From positions 41,009 to 105,008 of the forward strand of contig JBGAHS010000012.1 of the NCBI GenBank assembly GCA_044226015.1: 64,000 nt of DNA. Direction: 5' to 3'. This stretch comes from Candidatus Obscuribacteraceae bacterium (GTDB lineage Bacteria; Cyanobacteriota; Vampirovibrionia; Obscuribacterales; Obscuribacteraceae). Position 1 is the stretch's first letter; every line of letters starts with the position of its first letter. The notes under the pieces are model-generated. The model was given only the letters and a program-made list of their open reading frames with translations, searched no databases and had not been told where the DNA came from. Made by a program: the position numbers and the translations under genes. Positions 58,240-64,000 of this stretch are shown here, in pieces.

Positions 58240-59266
58240 GGGTGCTTAGCGAAAATGAATTAGCCGAAAACGGCGATGAGAGGTTTAGTCTTGGTATCGG
58301 CTGCATTTGTGCGTATCCATAATCTACGCGTGGTTGTAACCCCATTATGCCACGAACTTCGTTTCCGGCTCGCATTGCCGGAGAAGATAAATCATGGCTG
58401 TGAGCAACCGCTTGCTTTCGTTCTAACGAATGACCCAGTTCATGCGCCAGTAAGTCCGAAGGGGACAGGGGCTCCTTCCCGTAGTCGGGAGAATCGCAGC
58501 TGAAGTGCCCTTCGAGATTTGGATTGAAATCTATGACAGAATTTTTTGTTCCCTTAATTCCATACATCTGAGCTGCTCCGTTTCCATTATTAACCCGAAT
58601 TTCGACATCAACATCAGGAGCATCCAGCTCACGAAGAATTGTATTTAGTGTTGAAGTGCTTTTGGGATCAAGTGATGCCATTGTTCGTAGGTTCACGAGT
58701 CGCTGTTGTGCTAACTGAATGGAGCCGGCATCTGCGCCCGGTCCACCTGTAACTCGTATGATGAGTCCTAAAGGATCAGTATTCGAAATAGGACTATTCC
58801 CGGTGTAGCCATACAAGTTCAGACCTGCATTCTCGCCCAGTGGATCTCGGCTCAGCCAACTGCCTAGCGCTGGGTTGTATTGGCGGAACCAGGTCAGAGC
58901 GAGGTTCGTACGTGAGTGTTGATAGATGCCGGTGAAGCCGAAGTCAGGCTTGAAGCTGCCGGACAAAACCGTCATGTTGCCGTAGGGATCAAATCCGAAC
59001 GCGCCTTGAACTGTGCCACCGTCATTGGTGACTTCGCGCACTGAACCGAGATGATCGAATGCATAGAAGTAATTCGTCGTCGAGTTCCGCTGACCAAGTC
59101 CGCTGTACTGACTGACTACTGCATTGCTGTTGTCGCGTTGTTCGCAGCGCTCTGCACCGCACCAGATAAAGTTCTTTATTGCGTTGCCGCTATAGCCTGG
59201 CGTGCTGCCGTTTTCTGCAATCTGAACGCAGCGCCCCGCAGCATCATGCACAAATTGGGTGTTATT
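58229..59266 (-). CDS. Orphan Rhs C-terminal cassette 1 (core fragment + HExxH metallopeptidase-like tip)
   Basis: DHLGSVR, FGFTG, RQYNPALGSWLSRDPLG and PISNTDPLG; the tip contains LLAHELGHSLE. The 5' end is truncated at NNTQFVHD. Confidence 0.88.
   Translation of the reverse strand, partial: NNTQFVHDAAGRCVQIAENGSTPGYSGNAIKNFIWCGAERCEQRDNSNAVVSQYSGLGQRNSTTNYFYAFDHLGSVREVTNDGGTVQGAFGFDPYGNMTVLSGSFKPDFGFTGIYQHSRTNLALTWFRQYNPALGSWLSRDPLGENAGLNLYGYTGNSPISNTDPLGLIIRVTGGPGADAGSIQLAQQRLVNLRTMASLDPKSTSTLNTILRELDAPDVDVEIRVNNGNGAAQMYGIKGTKNSVIDFNPNLEGHFSCDSPDYGKEPLSPSDLLAHELGHSLERKQAVAHSHDLSSPAMRAGNEVRGIMGLQPRVDYGYAQMQPIPRLNLSSPFSANSFSLSTHDY
58805..59266 (-). repeat. ~460-bp conserved Rhs core repeat, copy 1 (others at ~60457-60919, ~62097-62558 and ~63695 to the window end)
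   Basis: Near-identical DNA in four direct copies. In the three complete copies identity stops at ...cacaaattgggtgttatt. Confidence 0.95.
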
Positions 59267-59409
59267 GCGCTAATTACCTTAAAGGGAGTTCGAGTCTAAG
59301 CCTTTTCCACATCAAAGTTATCGCAGAATTTCATCGCTTAATAATGAAGGTATTCCACTCGCATACAACAGATCTGTTGCTGCTCCGTTTCGACACTTCT
59401 ACATGGTGG

Positions 59410-59799
59410 CTACGGGCTGCATCGATTATTCAAGATATTGAAGAATACAAATAAACAAAGCCAGTGACCAATTAGCGGTGCTGCCAATATTAATGGCTCT
59501 TTTCTGCCCCTCATAAAATACAGAAGGATGGAAGCCGCCAGCGCAACGAGAGTAACAATACTCGTCCAGCCGATAGCAGAGTCTGCCCCATAATCCCCAT
59601 TCACCATTGTCCCCAATCTCGTCACCGAAGTCGATGGAAAAAGTTCCCTGTGAAGAAGAAAATTGATAGCCCCAAAGCAAAGAACTGGATGCCTTGAATC
59701 TGCGGTGTGTCTAAGCGAACACCAACTAGCATCTAGTGGACAGAGAAACAGATAGCCTGCACACAACAATATTAGCGTAAGAAGTGCTGATGGCTTCAT
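59410..59799 (-). CDS. Small membrane protein, putative partner/immunity of Rhs cassette 2
   Basis: AGGAG RBS, three hydrophobic segments, directly downstream of the cassette 2 tip. Confidence 0.55.
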   Translation of the reverse strand: MKPSALLTLILLCAGYLFLCPLDASWCSLRHTADSRHPVLCFGAINFLLHRELFPSTSVTRLGTMVNGDYGADSAIGWTSIVTLVALAASILLYFMRGRKEPLILAAPLIGHWLCLFVFFNILNNRCSP

Positions 59800-59872
59800 G
59801 GATATTAGATCTCCTAATCACAATCTTTGCATAATAGTCCAAATGCGAACAGAGTCTGAACAAAATGCAGTG

Positions 59873-60919
59873 TCAGTGCTTGTACTTGTCTGGAAGACTC
59901 TGAATGAGTGCATTAGCATCAGGACTGGCCGTACCGATTTCATTTCCCTGATTATCAAAAGCTCTCCAAACACCACCTGGACCCAACCCGACATCTGGAC
60001 TGTAGGCGCCGTCCGGAGCCATGAAAAAGCGATTGTCGTTTAAGCCAAGCAGAGGAGCAATATATTGAGCCATTGATTTGCCTCCCAACGATGAGCGGGG
60101 TGTCGCCAAATAGCAAGCTTCTCCTGAGACAGACTTATCTGGACTGAAATGCGAAGATGACTTGATTCCTTCTGCCCATTGCTTAAAGCCATAGCCGCGG
60201 AATGAAAAGCTGGTAAAAGCCGCCCAAGGTTGTACGCCGGAAGTTAGCACTCCGCGTACTGTATGGCCACGTGCAACAAAGATGTCTGTACTAAATCTAG
60301 TCTGTCCGTACCTTATGGCATCAAGTCCTTGCAATGAATTGAAATCGACATCTCTAGAAGATGGTCTCGGATTGCCGAGGGTTTTATACAGTTGGTATCC
60401 AGCTTCACCTCCTACCAAACCAAACGGATCGACATTGCTAATCGGATTATTACTGGTGTAGCCATACAAGTTCAAGCCTGCATCTTCCCCCAACGGATCT
60501 CTGCTCAGCCACTTGCCTAACGCGGGGTTGTATTGGCGGAACCAGGTCAGAGCGAGGTTCGTACGTGAGTGTTGATAGATGCCGGTGAAGCCGAAGTCAG
60601 GTTTGAAGCTTCCGGACAAAACCGTCATGTTGCCGTAGGGATCAAATCCAAACGCGCTCTCAACTGTGCCACCGTCATTGGTGACTTCGCGGACAGAGCC
60701 TAGATGATCGAATGCATAGAAGTAATTCGTCGACGAGTTGCGCTGACCTAGTCCGCTGTACTGACTGACCAGAGCATTGCTGTTGTCGCGTTGTTCGCAG
60801 CGCTCTGAACCGCACCAGATAAAATTCTTTATCGCGCTCCCGCTATAGCTTGGTGTGCTGCCGTTTTCAGCAATCTGGACGCAGCGCCCAGCAGCATCAT
60901 GCACAAATTGGGTGTTATT
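59873..60919 (-). CDS. Orphan Rhs C-terminal cassette 2 (core fragment + possible caspase-like His/Cys tip)
   Basis: Same core fragment, PISNVDPFG; tip contains VARGHT...GEACYLA...SMAQYIAPLLG. Confidence 0.85.
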   Translation of the reverse strand, partial: NNTQFVHDAAGRCVQIAENGSTPSYSGSAIKNFIWCGSERCEQRDNSNALVSQYSGLGQRNSSTNYFYAFDHLGSVREVTNDGGTVESAFGFDPYGNMTVLSGSFKPDFGFTGIYQHSRTNLALTWFRQYNPALGKWLSRDPLGEDAGLNLYGYTSNNPISNVDPFGLVGGEAGYQLYKTLGNPRPSSRDVDFNSLQGLDAIRYGQTRFSTDIFVARGHTVRGVLTSGVQPWAAFTSFSFRGYGFKQWAEGIKSSSHFSPDKSVSGEACYLATPRSSLGGKSMAQYIAPLLGLNDNRFFMAPDGAYSPDVGLGPGGVWRAFDNQGNEIGTASPDANALIQSLPDKYKH

Positions 60920-61217
60920 TCCCAGAACAAATTAGGCTAAGTTCTTTTGCAAAAGCGAAGAGTCAAAATACCTGAACAGCCATTTGAATTCATAGTCGAC
61001 ATACTGGTCAGCTCTGCGAATATTCAAAAGCTACAATCAAGCTTCCGTTCTAAATCTCTTTCACTTCTTTGACAGTTTCCGAAGTGTGGCAGCCGGAAAA
61101 GTGATGTCTTAGTTGTGTAGGAGCGACTGCCGTAACTCGAGAATGACTAATTCAAATGTAGAATCACTCCTCCGCAAGATTCCACTACCTGCTAGAATGC
61201 GAATAGGCATGTGGTAA

Positions 61218-61547
61218 GTGACAATGATTCCTACAGCACAACCCCCATTGGATGGCATAGTTGGACTTGCGATCTTAGCATTGATTTTCGTAGCATGTTG
61301 GTGCGTGAAGCGTTCTCTCCAAAAGAACAATCCCGCCAGTGGAAGATTCTACTGGTGGGGCAATTTCATAGGTGCTGGTGCAGGAGTGATGTTCTTGATT
61401 GGTTGGGCTATTCTAAGCCATTCGCTGACATCATGGAGCTATTTGCCTCTCTTGTTTGTCCCGGGGGTGATTCTCGGCGCGGTTCCCGGCGGAGTTATTG
61501 GGCTCATAGTCGGGTGGATCTTGATAAAAACAACTCAAAAAGCATAA
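61218..61547 (+). CDS. Small Gly-rich membrane protein, convergent with Rhs cassette 3
   Basis: 109-aa ORF with three or four hydrophobic GxxxG-rich helices, ending 6 nt from the cassette 3 stop. Confidence 0.5.
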   Translation: MTMIPTAQPPLDGIVGLAILALIFVACWCVKRSLQKNNPASGRFYWWGNFIGAGAGVMFLIGWAILSHSLTSWSYLPLLFVPGVILGAVPGGVIGLIVGWILIKTTQKA

Positions 61548-61553
61548 GCAGAA

Positions 61554-62558
61554 TCATTTCCATGGTGGGGTGAAACCAAACACGCCTCTTTGGTTATTGA
61601 TGAAGTATCCGTAATTTAGGAAGCCATTTGGCCGTTGCCACTGAAATGTATCGTTAGGAGTGAGCATTGTTTTAGCGTATATCCCACCAGCTCTCATAAC
61701 ACTAGCTGCAAAATCATCAGAGTTGTGCCATGGGGTTATGTAAGTTGGAAACCCATTGAACCAGTTGTCTGCTTCATTCAGGGCCCTTTGGTCATCGGCA
61801 TCGCAGGTTTCGTATTTTATGTATCGGTAATACTTGGCGTGGTTAGCTGCTTTTAAGGCCTCGTCAAGTGTGTTGAAATGAACTTTATCGACGGACCCTT
61901 TGCCCACAAGTCCATACTCTGGGATATACACACCAAAGGCTTCATTCTCCGGACGAAAAGAGCGAAACTCGTAACCGGCACGGTCATTGCCGACTAACAC
62001 TGCATTGTGACCAGCTCCGAGCACATCGGATTTACGGTTTAGGAAGTAGATGTCCAAGCCCAAGGGATCAACGAGTGAGATCGGATTGTTCCCTGCGTAG
62101 CCGTACATGTTCAAGCCTGCATCTTCCCCCAACGGATCGCGGCTCAGCCACCTACCTAGAGATGGGTTGTATTGGCGGAACCAGGTCAATGCTAGGTTCG
62201 TGCGAGAGTGTTGATAGATGCCAGTGAAGCCGAAGTCTGGCTTGAAGCTGCCGGACAAAACCGTCATGTTTCCGTAGGGGGCGAATCCAAAGGCGCCTTG
62301 AACTGTGCCACCATTATTGGTGACTTCGCGCACAGAACCGAGATGGTCGAATACATAGAAATAATTCGTCGACGAATTCCGTTGACCAAGCCCGCTGTAC
62401 TGACTGACTACTGCATTGCTGTTGTCGCGTTGTTCGCAGCGCTCTGCACCGCACCAGATAAAGTTCTTTATTGGGTTCCCGCTATAGCTTGGTGTGCTGC
62501 CGTTTTCAGCAATCTGGACGCAGCGCCCAGCAGCATCATGCACAAATTGGGTGTTATT
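61554..62558 (-). CDS. Orphan Rhs C-terminal cassette 3
   Basis: Same core fragment, PISLVDPLG; tip GAGHNAVLVG...YEFRSFRP...HNSDDFAASVMRAGG. Confidence 0.85.
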   Translation of the reverse strand, partial: NNTQFVHDAAGRCVQIAENGSTPSYSGNPIKNFIWCGAERCEQRDNSNAVVSQYSGLGQRNSSTNYFYVFDHLGSVREVTNNGGTVQGAFGFAPYGNMTVLSGSFKPDFGFTGIYQHSRTNLALTWFRQYNPSLGRWLSRDPLGEDAGLNMYGYAGNNPISLVDPLGLDIYFLNRKSDVLGAGHNAVLVGNDRAGYEFRSFRPENEAFGVYIPEYGLVGKGSVDKVHFNTLDEALKAANHAKYYRYIKYETCDADDQRALNEADNWFNGFPTYITPWHNSDDFAASVMRAGGIYAKTMLTPNDTFQWQRPNGFLNYGYFINNQRGVFGFTPPWK

Positions 62559-62636
62559 TCATTCTTCCAAGCAAACAAACTTAGAATAACTCTATCGATG
62601 CTTGCGGCGTGTCTGTTGGCTGAGCACACTGAATTA

Positions 62637-63095
62637 CTATTCTTGTTTGTTCCGCTCGTTAAGTGGGTCCACTTCTACTGCGTGTACAGAACTGATGTCC
62701 AAGTTTTCGACACTATCTTCGTTTAACAGATGAGGGGGTGACTTCTGGTCATGCTGCTCATTCGTAGGCGGCAATGATGCTCGGAATTCATTTCTCCCTC
62801 TGCGAAAAAATAGCACAACTGGTCCAAGACAGCTACATACAAGAAGAATTGGCCAGCAGTCAATTTCCTGTTGAGCAACAGCAAGCCAAAACATTTGACT
62901 TCGAAGCTTAATCGTGTTGTCCCAAGTCAGCCCATTTCGGCACTCCATTAGATCGGCTTCAAGTTGGGCGGATAGCTTTATTTTATGTCGGGGGTTTATA
63001 TACCAATAACCAGGAAACATTACAATCCAAGCAGAAATTAACAATCCGCAGAATGCAGAGAGAATCAACTTCAAAATAAAGGATTTGTTTTGCAT
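62637..63095 (-). CDS. Two-TM membrane protein downstream of Rhs cassette 4
   Basis: 152-aa ORF with two hydrophobic helices flanking a short loop. Confidence 0.55.
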   Translation of the reverse strand: MQNKSFILKLILSAFCGLLISAWIVMFPGYWYINPRHKIKLSAQLEADLMECRNGLTWDNTIKLRSQMFWLAVAQQEIDCWPILLVCSCLGPVVLFFRRGRNEFRASLPPTNEQHDQKSPPHLLNEDSVENLDISSVHAVEVDPLNERNKQE

Positions 63096-63171
63096 ATTTC
63101 TATTGTCTTACAAGAACCTGTCAATTCATTTAACCTAGCTTTGATCGCAAATTAACTTTTCTACGATTCAA

Positions 63172-64000
63172 TTACTTTGGCGATTGTGTGAAGCCAAATT
63201 GTCCACCGTAACCAAAATTCAGCCATCCGCCATTCGTGCGCAGAAATTGAAAAGTAAAATTAGGCGTGTTTAGAGGAACCATGTTTATACCTCCAGCATT
63301 CAAGACAGTGGTCGCGAAATTATCGGATTGATGACCAAACAGGTAATAGTATTGTTGCCAGTTATCAGCGGCAGCTAGTGCCTTCTTGTCACTTCCTTCG
63401 CAGGTTGTATATCTAATGTAACGTTTATATCCTTGGCTGTTTGCGTAGGTCAGAGCTTCTTGAAGCGTATCGAAGCGACGATTATCTGTAGCTGAAGACC
63501 CTATTACCCCATATTCTGGTACATAGTAACCGCCAACAACATTGCTAGGTCGGAAGGAACGAAACTCGTAACCCGTTGAGTCATTGCCTATCAAGACTCC
63601 ATTATGACCAGCACCCAGCACATCCGATTTTTTTGTTCAGAAAATATATGTCCAATCCCAAGGGATCAATAAAACTAATCGGATCTCCCACAGTGTAGCC
63701 ATACAAGTTCAAGCCTGCATCTTCCCCCAACGGATCGCGGCTCAGCCACCTCCCTAGCGCTGGGTTGTATTGGCGGAACCAGGTCAAAGCAAGGTTCGTG
63801 CGTGAGTGTTGGTAGATGCCGGTAAAGCCGAAGTCAGGCTTGAAGCTGCCGGACAAAACGGTCATGTTGCCGTAGGGATCAAATCCAAACGCGCTCTCAA
63901 CTGTGCCACCGTCATTGGTGACTTCGCGGACAGAGCCTAGATGATCGAATGCATAGAAGTAATTCGTCGACGAGTTGCGCTGACCTAGTCCGCTGTACTG
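63172..64000 (-). pseudogene. Rhs cassette 4 (or 3' end of a full-length rhs gene), frameshifted in an A7 run; 5' end is outside the window
   Basis: Core to PISFIDPLGLDIYFLNKK, one extra A at 63628-63634, then SDVLGAGHNGVLIG... continues in ORF 63172-63621, homologous to the cassette 3 tip. Confidence 0.85.

Noticed and set aside
59249..62543. MHDAAG as genuine translation starts of stand-alone Rhs proteins
   Set aside because: The GTG is an internal Val of a YD repeat, homology extends five codons upstream, and there is no RBS. Low-level initiation cannot be fully excluded.
57172..64000. Classical integron with attC sites
   Set aside because: No intI in the window, and I could not find paired RYYYAAC...GTTRRRY attC hairpins between units. 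The repeat is coding Rhs core.

Overview
A 64-kb bacterial chromosomal segment, probably from a non-photosynthetic relative of cyanobacteria (Melainabacteria/Vampirovibrionia). This is an inference from a clear RpaA orthologue, eukaryote-type Ser/Thr kinases and the lack of photosynthesis genes in the window. From left to right it holds: a class-V PLP enzyme; an MBOAT gene with three SGNH/DltD-like partners; rpaA; an in-frame PlsY-HtrA fusion; der; a 1155-aa repeat protein with 20 YSQDPNA heptads and a C-terminal J-domain; acyP; dnaX with an apparently complete -1 ribosomal frameshift signal; a CHASE2 kinase/NarL-type regulator pair; a cluster of secreted unknowns; a VIT-vWA protein; dxs; two Ser/Thr kinases; a pgsA-like gene, gyrB, ribF and recF; a decayed VOC gene; btpA; and a kynurenine / 3-hydroxyanthranilate catabolic cluster containing a 7x33-bp REP-like array. 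The right end is an array of at least four ~1.6-kb Rhs C-terminal cassettes. The three complete cassettes begin at exactly the same nucleotide, the four copies are mosaics of each other, and all carry protease-like tips. No rRNA, tRNA or CRISPR array was recognised. All calls come from motif reading only; no searches were run.
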